From: Octopus sinensis
Lineage: Eukaryota
DNA: 64,000 nucleotides
Reading direction: 5' to 3'
Assembly: GCF_006345805.1 (NCBI RefSeq)
Contig: NC_042997.1
Span: forward strand, 179,800,001-179,864,000
Positions within the stretch are counted from its first letter, which is position 1. The number at the start of each line of letters is the position of its first letter. A program made the translations under genes and the position numbers. The notes beneath the pieces are model-generated. The model did no database searches. It was not told the DNA's origin and worked only from the letters and a program-made list of their open reading frames with translations. Shown piece after piece: positions 51,656-64,000 of the stretch.

Positions 51656-53040
51656 TAGTTAATATATTTCATATTTATCACCCCTCACTAGTCAGTTAAA
51701 GTGAGACAGTGTCAGGTGACAACTTGCTGGGGATGCCTGCTGGAGCCTAGCGGCAGGTATTTAGAGGGAAAAATTTGACAAGTCATTCAGTCTCCGGCTG
51801 ACTCTCGCTGACGATACATCGAAGAGGTCAGGGAACAGAAGAAAGAAGAAGAAAGAAGACATGCACCTAACACCAGAGCTGAAGACACCTCCGAAAGGGG
51901 GGCCCCGCCATGTCAAAACGGTAGAGGAGTAGGGGCTGAAACTGGACGTGGTTCCTCCTGATGATGTCTTGAGCTAACTGGATACTATAAAGGAGATGTT
52001 GTGGTAGCAGACCACGAAACACGGTTGTAATTCTCCTAGGTCATGAATATCATTGAATTTGTAATTTGTGAATCGTACCATATGTTCCAAGTAATCTCGC
52101 AATTACTTTCCTGTATCTGCTGCATAGTCATTACGTAATTACACACCTCAACCAATTGTACAGGGGACTAGAAGAAATAAATGTGTCTTATTTCCCCAGA
52201 AACAGGAAATAATGAGTTAAAACTTTATTAATTATGAAGTGTAATGCCTACTGTAGTCAGGGAAAAGCTGTCAGATTATTGATATATTCATTACAAAATC
52301 TTATTCATCATTTTGGCTTGTTTATAAATGATTTCTAATTAACTTTCCTAGCTAGAGCTATTTTTAATTTTGTACATTAATTTTATGTCAAATTCAGAAC
52401 AAGAATTTCGAATTACTAAAATGAAATCATACTACGTTTCCAAATATAATTATATGTATGTATATATATATATATATATACGCACACACATATAGAAACA
52501 TGTATGTATGTGTGGGTGTGTGTGTGTGTGTGTGAACGTAAATTGTTGACGTCTTAAGCATTTAGAAACTTCGAGACAGCAATTCTCTTTTTGGGAAGGC
52601 GGCTTAACTGGAAGCAAACAAAGCTGTATATAATAGCATGTAAATATTGAGTTACAAATGTTCTTGGATAGAAAAATTTGTAGACTCTAACCCACATCTC
52701 TTGTATACATTACACCCATTCTATAATACTTCGAATTTCGCTATTCATTTTAGAATCTCCATTCTTATCACTAAGAATTGTATAATGTTGATGGCATAAT
52801 AATTCAGAAAAATTATCTCGTATTTACATGCTATTATTTATAGCTTTATTTGCATCGAGTTAAACCTTTCAAAAGCAATTATTTCCTACTCATACACACA
52901 CACATACATACACACACACATATACATACACACATAAAGACACACTTACACAAACACACAGAGATACACACACAAGCACATGAACATATTGTATTTAGAA
53001 ATGGATAAGAGAAAATGGAGTGGATGACATTCTATATTTT

Positions 53041-53136
53041 ATGTTACTACAATTGTTTCCTTACATCGTGACGCTTGCAGTACATTGGTGAGATGAGATA
53101 GCTAACAAATACGTAATCGCTACTATCTATCAAAGG
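53041..53136 (-). mobile_element. PLE-like terminal-repeat remnant, left member of an inverted pair
   Basis: Its reverse complement aligns with 54030-54125 (catctcaccaatgtact...gaaacaattgtagt). Confidence 0.55.
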
Positions 53137-53544
53137 TGTAAAATGTGTTTCTTCAGATGATTGCTTTGAGTAAATCACTTGTCAGATCAAACAATAATAT
53201 CCAAAGCAGTGTGCTATTTTCTACAATTTGCAGACAAAGCTAAGTCCATAGATAAAAATATCAGAAGTAAAAACAAATTATATAAACAAAAAAAGTATAC
53301 ACAAAATAATCACATGTCCAGTTAAATTATAAATTAAAATTCTATTTTCACTGTCAGGTTATTAGCGAAAAATAAAAGAAAATAAAGAATGGAATTAAGC
53401 GTTTAGAGATAATAATTAGGTAAAGTGGTAAGCACCAACACTTTCCGTGCTTCTTAACTCATTAAAAGTGCTGTAAAGTACCCCGCTATCTGATATAACA
53501 AAACATTTGGCTCCTCCTTCACCAGAAGTTCATTTGAATCTCTA

Positions 53545-53932
53545 ACTCTTTTACTCTTTTACTTGTTTCAGTCATTTGACTGCGGCCATGCTGGAGCACC
53601 GCCTTTAGTCGAGCAAATCAACCCCGGGACTTATTCTTTTGTAAGCCCAGTACTTATTCTATCGGTCTCTTTTGCCGAACCGCTAAGTTACGGGGACGTA
53701 AACACACCAACATCGGTTGTCAAGCAATGCTAGGGGGACAAACACAGACACACAAACACACACATACACATATATATATACTTCTTTCAGTTTCCGTCTA
53801 CCAAATCCACTCACAAGGCGTTGGTAGGCCCGAGGCTATAGTAGAAGACACTTGCCCAAGGTGCCACGCAGTGGGACTGAACCCGGAACCATGTGGTTGG
53901 TAAAAAAACTACTTACCACACAGCCACTCCTG
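53545..53932 (-). mobile_element. Composite SINE (A + short microsatellite + B)
   Basis: Near-consensus reverse copy of 7816-8260. Confidence 0.92.
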
Positions 53933-54029
53933 ACTGTCTAGCTTTTATATACTTTAATAAGAAAAAAACATTTACTAAAATAAATTAGTAGGCAAACTCT
54001 CCTCTTCGTAAATGTGCTATCACTATCAT

Positions 54030-54125
54030 CCTTTGATGGATTGTAGTGATTACAAAATATGTTAATTATATCATCTCACCAATGTACTACGGGTACGACA
54101 ATGTGTAGAAACAAACGTAGTGATT
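54030..54125 (+). mobile_element. PLE-like terminal-repeat remnant, right member of the inverted pair
   Basis: cctttgatggattgtagtgattac...catctcaccaatgtact...gaaacaaacgtagt. Confidence 0.55.
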
Positions 54126-54349
54126 TTAAATAAAGAAAGTCGTTCAATCCATTGCATCATATTCATCTCTTTGAATAAACTGAACGGATACATGGCATTC
54201 CAGATGTATATCTAGGGATTGAAGTACACTCGTTGTATGATGACATTCGGTAGTCAATACCTGTGGACGAGCTTTGTATAGCATACTGAAAGGCTTCCCC
54301 GCCCACCATATTTTATTCTACTATGTATGTACGTACTTATTGATTTTCG

Positions 54350-54652
54350 TTGATGTTCCTTCTCGAGCCACGCCTGGCTGATAAGGGCCGGTCTCCCAAT
54401 TTCCTTGCCGTATAGGTTCCCCAACTAGACGGGACGCCAGTCCGTCGCAAGTGAGCTGCAAGATGCTGGAGGAAAGAGTGAGAGAAAGTTGTGGCAAAAT
54501 AGTCAGCAGACGTTCGCCATTACCTTCTGCCGGAGTCGCGTGGAGCTTAGGTGATTTGCTCATAAACACATACATCGCCCGGTCTGAGATTCGAACTCGC
54601 GATCCCTCGTCCGCGTATCTGCTGCTCTAACCACTAGGCCACGTGCCTCCAC
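54350..54652 (-). mobile_element. tRNA(Arg)-like-headed SINE, tail type Y
   Basis: Reverse complement of 63097-63398. Confidence 0.88.
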
Positions 54653-56249
54653 TATTATCGTTGATGTGAATGTACAGCATGCTTAGATACAACTATATAT
54701 CTTTGATATTTCACTAGTAGCACTGAAATATTTGGAACACTGCATTAGCATGATGGGAAGGCTCCAACGAATATGCCTAGATTATTACATTAAGAAAAAA
54801 AAACATACTCTACCTTCATACATGATTAGAACATTTTGGCAAATGTAATGGTAGATAAATCTAAATGGATGGAATAATTTCGTATGAATTGCTTTTTTAT
54901 TACTCGTTCACTGTTCTGAGGCCGAACAATAAGAACAGCAACATATTTTTTGTAATGAAATTAGCAACATTAACTTTAAATTTCTTGAAGTAAATCGAAT
55001 TAAATTTGAATCACGAGAATAAATCTCGGAATTCTTTTATAGAGTAAGATTATGTCAAAGTTTTTTGTTGCTTTTTTTTTTAACCATATATTCAGAAATG
55101 TGTAATTAGATAGTACTGGGTAATAATATAATAACAATCTAATCGGGATATCTATTATATGAAATTACATGTAATAATATTTCTTTATTTAGGCAGAAAT
55201 CAAATTGTCGAAGGAAATAATATAACTGATTACATCAGCTGCAGTATATTAGTGGCACTTATTTTAGCCATTGAGAATGGATGAAAGGCAAATCAATTAG
55301 AACATAATATTAATTCTGTGCCAAGAGGAGCGAAACTAAGCAGTGTATTGTGCTGTCTATGAGCGCCATTATCGAGACCACACTCACGCACACATATTTT
55401 ATTTAATAATGTCATTACTTGCTATTATACGTATTCCCAATATTGTATAATTAATTCAAATATCTGCCGTAAAAGTTCCTCTCCAGTGTATAATATGTAT
55501 AAACATATCAGTGCATTGCGCCATCCTGTAAAAACCACAAAGGGAAAATATTCATTCTTGATTAAGTACTGACTGAAGATCCGCCCATCGGCACCAAATT
55601 ATTTTAGCGTGACTACATAGCTATCCAGAAAACGGTAACTAGATATCTGCAATGCATGAAGGCACTAGATGATTATAGAATATTATACATTGTTATAACT
55701 CAGGAAATATCACAATGCATATAATCTGACACGTTGTACTCCACCCCTCAGACCTATTAAAGATTTCATCATTATCGTGTCTCCCCAGGCTAACATAGTC
55801 ACGACAATATGTGTACATTGCACTTAATGAGTAAATTACATTTAAGTCATAAATTATTAAATCATGATTTCTTTAAGAAAATTTTAAATTTCTAAAATTA
55901 ATTACATTTAAAAAAATAATAGCGGCTCGCTGTTAAATAAATATTGCAAAAATAAATAAATAAATTACATACACAAAGTATGGAATTTTCCAGTTGATTC
56001 AGATAAACGTTGCCTTGTTCGCACTATATCCAAAATGGTTACTTGCATAGATTACCTTCCTGTGTTATTTTAAACAACCGCAATTATTAGAGAGTAGAGA
56101 GAAAACAGTAAAATATGAATGTCGACAAGATGTTGTTTTAACAAATAACGGCTTAAATAAAAAAAAACACTGATCTGTAGATTTGGAAACCAAAAATCAC
56201 ATACACATAATGTATACATATTTATAATATGTATTTACATACAGAGAAA

Positions 56250-56506
56250 GTAAATATATATATCACAAAATACAGGCCCTTACGAGTGCATCTACAACAA
56301 ATGACATATCTACCACGATCTTAGAATAGCACACACGCAAATATTAAAAATGATACATCCAAAAGAGATACCTCAAGAATGAAATCACGACTACCATCTA
56401 CAACAAGTCACTTTCAGGTCACTTGACCATTTAACATCCTACTACTGCCATACCACACCCGTATACCTTTCTTCTTCTTCTTCTTCTTCTTCATCTTCTT
56501 CATCTT

Positions 56507-56565
<59 letters not shown>

Positions 56566-56885
56566 TGTTGTTGTTCTTCTTCTTCTTTGCGAAGAATTCA
56601 CACCGACCTCGAACTCACAAGAGTAAAAAAGAGAGACAGAGACAAGCAGAAACAAGAAAAATGCCCCTTGTATTTTTTGAATACCATGCAAATATTCTTT
56701 AAAAAAACTTTTCATTTAATTTTTCCAAAATTTAATTGTTTACCATGCTTACAGTTGAAAAGTGTCAATGACCCGAAACCGGTACTGAAATGTCTTTTAT
56801 GACAAAATTAATTTAGCATTTTCTATCTTGACTAATTTCCATTAAACATATCAATTCGTGTGTGCCGTTTCAACCTTCTGTATAT
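56250..56885 (+). mobile_element. Penelope-like 3' remnant, same family as 13820-14761
   Basis: caaaatacaggccctta (KYRPL), gtcactttcaggtcacttgaccatttaaca, (CTT)n/(CTA)n, acagttgaaaagtgtcaatgacccgaaaccggtactg. Confidence 0.7.
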
Positions 56886-59375
56886 ATATACACACACATA
56901 CTCAAACAGAGAAAGAGCAAGGATGAAACAAGCAAAGGTATTCTACAATTGACCATGATGTCTTATAAAGGGTTTTAGAATTACTATCTGTAATATGTAC
57001 TTTTAAACGGTGAATGTGCCATTGGAGAATATTTTATTTGCTCTTAGGAAACGTCGTCATTGCTAATCGGCCTCCTAAAATTATATACATTAATATACTT
57101 CGATAAGAGAAGAACTTGAGCATCAATTAACAATTAGAAGTTGATCATTGGTATTGAATGATCATAGTTTAATTGTAGTTGTTTCAGTTTGTTATTTTTT
57201 ATGTGAACTTGCATTTATCTTGTTCCATGTAACAAACATCGTCAGAATGATTTCAAATTTATCAGAAGGCGAAAAAAGGAACGCACACACATCAAGATCC
57301 ATTGATCCAAAAGAGAACACAAAAGAAATTATATATATATATGTTTGTGTGTGTGAGTGTATGTGTGTGCATGTGTGTGTGTTTATGCATAATAAATATG
57401 CCAGTATATCTACACACATACATATGAATATGTGTGTGGGTTCTAACACGATTTGAATCACGTAACATAATTTTTGTTTTATAGATTCCCTTGACATTAT
57501 AGATACAAGTTTTCATCGCATTCTTATTAATCAATAGGGTCATTATGTGATTAACTGTTCAATCGACACGTTACTACCGTGTTTTGGTTTCTTATATACT
57601 GAAATCTGTTAAATGATTATGATGATAAATTTCTTTTCCTCTTGTTGTGCAGCTCAAGTTAATAGTTTAAAATCACTCTTCGACAAACTTATTCCAGTAC
57701 GGTTTCAATGAAAGCAGACACCTTAACATAAATTCTCGTTATATATTATCCTATGAAGAATACACTCCAATTCTCGAGGCAAGTGACCTGAACTCTTCTC
57801 AGGAGAATTAATTAACACTTCCATATTTCTTTGTTTCCTAATGTTTCCTCACCATTCACAACTCTCCTGCAAGCAAGCAGCATCTCAACGGTAACATTTC
57901 TCTCATTTACAACACAAATGCAGCCAGTATTTAATATGTTTAACCTAACTGAACTCAGATTACACTAGTGAAATTTACCGTTATATCACGTTCATTAACC
58001 TGTTTGTCGGTGCATTTCATAATTCTTTTGTCTTTACGTACAATCCATTTTGAGGAATTTCCTACGCAAGAATAATATCATTTCTTCACAGACTTTAAGT
58101 AATTTATCAGCATATTAGATTTCTTTGAACAATCTTATAAAGAAAACATTTTCGTCTTCTATTAATTTAAAGTTGCTTTTAGGAAATCGAATCAATATAA
58201 TTTATTATGATTTCAATGAAATATTCAAAAACATTTTCATAGTCAGATTGTTTTCGTTAACAAAATATAAACACATACAGTAAAATAAAAACTATAAAAA
58301 AAAAAGACGAGAAACTATAAAGAAAATAATATGCAACATTAATATAAAATAAATACTCTATAGAATAATAAAATGATATAAAGCAAAATATATTTTGAAA
58401 GAAAACAAAAACAAGCAAAAAATAAATAAAAAATATCTTTTTCTGATTCTATTTTATCCTTCCGTTAAAAGCTGGTATAGAATTGATACCCACTACTAGA
58501 TATTATTTTTGAAGATGTTAATTTTATTCCGCTTACAGACAGATGAAATGAAAATTATCGGTTTATCATAATCCGAACATATCAGCCGTTTAAATGGCAG
58601 AAATTATATGAAAAGAAGAAAATAGCAGGACAAAAATAGAAAACAAACAACAGCTAACATATAATTTCCAGTTATAAATCTTTTCGCGAATAAATGATTT
58701 ATTTAGTATTTGTATTTGAACAACGTTCACAGATCTGTGAGCTGTGGGCAATCACACATCAGCACATAGTTTAGTTCTTCGTATCGAAACAACTACTAAT
58801 AGTATTGAAATTGTAATAGGCGTTGGATTTATTATATTGTTTTGAAAGGCTTTAGCGAATCTAGTGTTTATCTATCGCTAGAAGATAGAACGGAAATCGT
58901 TAAATTCATTGACATCTGATTCGAGCGTACTGAACTCTTCGAACAGAACACACTTCCCTCCAGCTCAGGCTTCACGTTACCAACTATGCATCTGTGTATG
59001 TATGTATGTATGTATGTATGTATGTATGTATGTATGTATGTATGTATGTATGTATGTATGTATGTATGTATGTATGTATGTATGTATGTGTATATGTATG
59101 TATGCCTGCATACATGAATGTATATTTGCTCAAGTATATATTATGTTCATTCGGGATTAAGCACATGTATGTGCATATGTGTATATTTATAAATAATGTT
59201 GCAAATATAGACACTTCTTTTCTATCGAGTGTCTAATAGTAATATATCGTCCCTTTTTTATCTCCGCCTATCTCTTCGTGTATAAAAATGCATTCTTACG
59301 CGTACTCCTATATAAATTGTATACATATACAGGAACATGCATATACAAATAAATGTAAATATTGACTTAAAAATC

Positions 59376-59413
<38 letters not shown>

Positions 59414-59835
59414 TATATATATAATATATATAATGGATTATAAAGTATACTTCTCTTGCTGAATTAAGTGTTCGTTCCTCTTTTTATATTCTGCAATTTT
59501 ATTACTGGATCTTCTATATATATGAAGAATCTTCCCCCGTCTGGCTGTTTTTCTCTCTACACAACGAAAAATTGCATTATGGAACTGTCATTTTATCGAG
59601 ATTTTTTATTTATTTATTATCTGACGACATACGCCTGCACCAGTTTCTGTGTATCCCACAAGAGGAGTCGATGCTAGATGTATAGAAACAATTGTTGTAA
59701 TTAATGATATATTCTCGTATATTCCATCTTCTGTCTTTCATTTGTTATATATATATATATATTTGTTATATATAATATATATATATATTTGTTATATATA
59801 ACTAAATATATATATATATTTGTTATATATAAATA

Positions 59836-59954
<119 letters not shown>

Positions 59955-60475
59955 TATACAGACAGACAGAAATTACTTATGCAGTTATAAATGACAGAAA
60001 TAATTTAATGTAATTTTATTTAAGAAAATTCAAAAATCACGTAGATAACTTATCGGTTATCAACATGTAGATAACTTATCGGTTTATCATATTTAAGGAT
60101 AAATGAATTACATACATGTCTACATTGAGTCAAAATCTTAAAATTCTTTCAAAACAAGCTATGTCTACATTGTGCTGTTGGTATAAGACTAATATTGGTA
60201 TAGCATCCATCCATCCATCCATCCATCCATCCATCCATCCATCCATCCATCCATCCATCCATCCATACTTACATGCAAACATACATAATTTTTCTGTGCA
60301 TTTTTATTAGCTAGTAATGGCTGAATATTATACACATTAATGCATTAAAATGATCCAACAAAATCTGTGTTCCTGTACGTCATCAGGTGAGTGAGTTCGA
60401 GAGCATCGCTAGTTGACCTATAGTTTCCCATTGTTTAGTCCCATATTGTATTTGTAGTATTTCCTTGACAATGAT

Positions 60476-60529
<54 letters not shown>

Positions 60530-60606
60530 GTATGCATGTATGTATATACATATATATATCGCGCCTGTGCGTGTGTATATATAAATGTATGCATATATAT
60601 AAAGTT

Positions 60607-60700
60607 GTCTGCGGAGAGTAATTTTCTTTTTGCGCCTTATAACTTAAATTATAAGTGTGTTAAATTATAAGGCACAAAAAGAAAATGACTCTCCGTAGAC
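60607..60700. repeat. 40-bp inverted repeat with 14-nt loop
   Basis: 60607-60646 vs 60661-60700: 36 of 40 complementary. Confidence 0.9.
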
Positions 60701-61522
60701 ACAACAGAATATGCCTCAACACATGAACACACATAAGGAATCTTGCAAACCGAATCCAAAAACGAAATATATATATATATATATAAATATATACGTAAAT
60801 ATATTATGTACAGATATATGTGTCTGTATGTGTGTATGTTTATGTATATAAATGTTTTATAGGTTTGTATTATCCATATACGTGGTTAAATGCATTCTTT
60901 GAGGTACATGGAGTGAGAGAGACAGATAGACAGAATGAAAGAGAAATAGCATCAAAGACTGAGCTCTCCAGAACATATGATTAATATTTTGATTACTCTA
61001 TATATAGAAAGTTAGATATTCACATCCAGTACTTGACAGCCAGCACATGAGTACAGTGAAACTGTAGAATCGAAAGAAGCTAGTTATATTCTACGTCAGG
61101 AAATGCTAAGTACAAATAGTTCAAACAGTGGAGAACAGCGTGTTCTGCCGTGAGGAAGAAAAGAAGTCTGGCTGTTCTGATAGAACACATCGTTGGAGAG
61201 AGAAGAAACAGCAGTAGGTGTTGAAGAATCAATAAACTCAGATTAGCGTCTGCGCATTTGTGCGTGTGTATGTGTGTAAGAGAGGAAGAAAGCGGGAGAT
61301 GGAAAGCAAAGAAGAAAAGGCGGAGAATGGAGATTTAATAAGTATGAATGGACAAGAAACGGACTGTGCAAATATTAAATTAAAGGAACATTAACAAATC
61401 TGAAAATCATTGAGAGGACGTAAAGAAGTAATAATAGAGGGAACACGTGGTAAAATATATATACATCTACAATTGGATATGTAGACACAAGTGAGCAAAC
61501 ATCTATGTATATGTGCCTATAA

Positions 61523-61560
<38 letters not shown>

Positions 61561-61584
61561 ACACACACATATATATATATATAT

Positions 61585-61803
61585 ACTCTCTTTACTCTCT
61601 TTTACTTGTTTCAGTCATTTGACTGTAGCCGTGCTGGAGCACCGCCTTTAGTAGAGCAAATCGACCCCAAGACTTATTCTTTGTATGCCTAGTACATATT
61701 CTATCGGTCACTTTGCCGAACCGCTAAGTTACGGGGAGGTAAACACACCAGCATCGGTCGTCAAGTGATGTTGGGGTGGGGACAAGCACAGACACACACA
61801 TAT

Positions 61804-61836
<33 letters not shown>

Positions 61837-62008
61837 CATATATACGACAGGCTTCTTTCAGTTTCCTTCTACCAAATCCACTTACAAGATTTTGGTCGAG
61901 TCGAGGCTATAGTAGAAGACCCTTGCCCGAGGTGCCACGCAGTGGGACTGAACCTGGGACCGTGTAGTTCGTAAACAGGCTACTTACCACGCAGCCACTC
62001 CTACGCCT
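61585..62008 (-). mobile_element. Composite SINE (A + microsatellite + B)
   Basis: Reverse copy of 7816-8260. Confidence 0.9.
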
Positions 62009-62074
62009 ATAGCTTATCTAAATACTTACATTTTCACTATATGTATATATATGTATACATTCAAAATGTGACCG

Positions 62075-62240
62075 CGTGTGTACCGTTGGATCTTTCCTTT
62101 TCCTATGTTTCTGACGAAGAGCTCCGCTCGAAACGTTGAACCCTCCTTCTTTCCTTCTTTCCTGAGCGTCCAATAATACTATACTTGTTCCACGTCCTCG
62201 CGTTGATGTGTTTTCTCTTTGTGTTTTCATGTTTGGATTA

Positions 62241-62245
<5 letters not shown>
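62075..62245 (+). mobile_element. PLE-like remnant, hammerhead family 1 (best-preserved copy)
   Basis: CTGACGA 62111-62117, a, gagc-tcc-gctc, GAAAC 62130-62134, gagcGTC 62168-62170. Confidence 0.7.
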
Positions 62246-62320
<75 letters not shown>

Positions 62321-62469
62321 TATGTGTATGTGTGTGTATTGAACATGTTTAAATGGCACTATCCCTTTAAATGGACTATCCCTTGCTTTAGTCCATGTAA
62401 AAATCTAAAAGGCTCTAAACTATTTACCACATTTCAATCTATAATATTGATTTAAAATTTTTACCCGAG

Positions 62470-62895
62470 ACTAGCAATTTCTGGGAGTGGGCAATTCGAT
62501 TACATCGAAGCTAGTGGTCAACTGATACTTATTTTATAGACCATCAAAAGATGAAAGACAAAGTCCATTGCAGTGGGATTTGAACTCAGAACGTTAAGTC
62601 AGGAGAAATGTGCAAAGCAATTTTCCGTCGCGGTAACAATTCTGTCAGGCGGCTGCCATATTTCAAAACATAATATTGGTTTCAAATTTTGGAACAGTGC
62701 CAGACATTTTGGGTCCAGGTGTAAGGTTAGTCTATTATATTGACTGCAGTGCTGAATTGCTATTCAATTTATCGAACCAGAAAGGATGAAAAGTAAAAAT
62801 CAACCTCAGCGGAATTTAAACTCAGAACGCTAAGACGGACGAAAGACCAGTAAGCATTTGATCTGGTAAGCTAACGATTCAAGCAATTCGCCACC
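62470..62895 (-). mobile_element. Two degenerate tandem SINE family C copies
   Basis: aaagatgaaagacaaagtc...tttgaactcagaacgt and aaaggatgaaaagtaaaaatcaacctcagcggaatttaaactcagaacg. Confidence 0.7.
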
Positions 62896-62954
62896 TTAGT
62901 TCAAGCTATAATTATTATTATCAATTTACATATCATGCAAATACATTTAATAAT

Positions 62955-63096
62955 ACAGGAGTGGCGGTGTGGTAATTAGCTTGCTTACAAACCACATGGT
63001 CCTGGGTTCAGTCCCACTGCGTGGTACCTTGGCAAGTGTCTTCTGCTATAGACTCGGGCCGACCAAAGCTTTGTATGTGGATTTGGGAGACGGAAA
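62955..63096 (+). mobile_element. SINE family A head, truncated at the junction with the next SINE
   Basis: caggagtggcggtgtggtaa...gggttcagtcccactgcg...gacggaaa|gtggagc. Confidence 0.85.
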
Positions 63097-63398
63097 GTGG
63101 AGCTACATGGCCTAGTGGTTAGAGCAGCGGACTCGCGGTCGAGGGATCGCGAGTTCGAATCTCAGAACAGTCGATGTGTGTGTTTATGAACGAAACACCT
63201 AAGCTCCACGCAACTGCGGCGGAAGGTAATGGCGAACTTCTCCTGATTCTTTCGCCACAACTTTCTCTCACTCTTTCCTCCTGCATCTTGCAGCTCACCT
63301 GCGACGGACCGACGTCCCGTCCAATTGGGGAACCTATACGCCAAGGAAACCGGAAAACCGGCCCTAATGTGTCAGGCGTGGCTCGAGAAGGAACAAAT
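63097..63398 (+). mobile_element. tRNA(Arg)-like-headed SINE, tail type Y, full length
   Basis: A-box tggcctagtgg, gactcgcggtc loop, B-box gagttcgaatc, cacctaagctccacg core, tail ...gtggctcgagaaggaac. Confidence 0.88.
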
Positions 63399-64000
63399 AA
63401 TATAATTGTCAAAGTTGTATGGTACCGTCTTAATCACTATTAGACTATCAAAATATTTTTATCTAACTGCAAAATACAATGCCATTAAATATGGTTACGT
63501 TATTTTAAAACGATATAAAACAATATAAAACAAATTAATATAAATTTTGTCACAAATCGTTTCTGTAGTGTTAATGGAGTTACGGTTTCGAACGTAAGCA
63601 CTTTAGCACAAGGGACGTAATCGAGTTATTTCAAGTGACTTAAATATGTCACTAAGATCATGTAGGCATGTAAGAATGCTATGTCAAGTCAAAATGCAAT
63701 TATATACAATGTATGTATGTATGTATAAAAATTGCATTTTTGTTTATTCACTCTACAAGTCCTCACATGGGTAAACACGGAAAATACAGTTCTTAACCGG
63801 TTCAAGTCAACTAGATCGATCCCATTGCTATTGAGGAAAGGTATACTTCTACATTTCTACTTTGCTCAACAACATTAATCAAACATTTATCGTATTTTTC
63901 CTTCAGCATCGTTCTTCTTACACTGCCGCGTTTTGTTGTCTTGTGTCTTATTTAAATCGTTGTAGACATATGTTTTATTATACCGAAAAAACCTTTATTT

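Noticed and set aside
60311-60386. Plus-strand exon candidate ending cag|gtgagt
   Set aside because: Stops in all three frames after the acceptor; only a donor-like motif remains.
63097-63170. Functional tRNA-Arg gene (also the heads at 36440-36509 and 54585-54652)
   Set aside because: No complete acceptor stem, and each continues into a shared repeat body; these are SINE heads.

Overview
AT-rich, microsatellite-saturated eukaryotic non-coding DNA (intron or intergenic), most likely from an octopod cephalopod, judged from its tRNA-derived SINE families and (TA)n/(TACA)n/(CA)n/(TATC)n load. No host protein-coding gene can be supported; nearly all listed ORFs are microsatellite translations. 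The window holds about 35 SINE copies or fragments in three groups, and degenerate DNA transposons: four mariner remnants, one Tc1, two hAT MITEs, one complete non-autonomous Helitron and one Helentron/HINE-like element. It also holds LINE remnants (RTE, CR1/L2-like, restriction-like-endonuclease type) and several Penelope-like element (PLE) remnants. The most notable signal is a set of at least five structurally distinct type I hammerhead-ribozyme-like motifs, several with palindromic stem III. The best is an apparently complete minus-strand hammerhead inside a ~450-bp fold-back unit that is tandemly duplicated (37.3-38.2 kb), a retrozyme-like layout that could also be an assembly duplication. 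All alignments, translations and folds were done by eye, and coordinates of degenerate copies are approximate.
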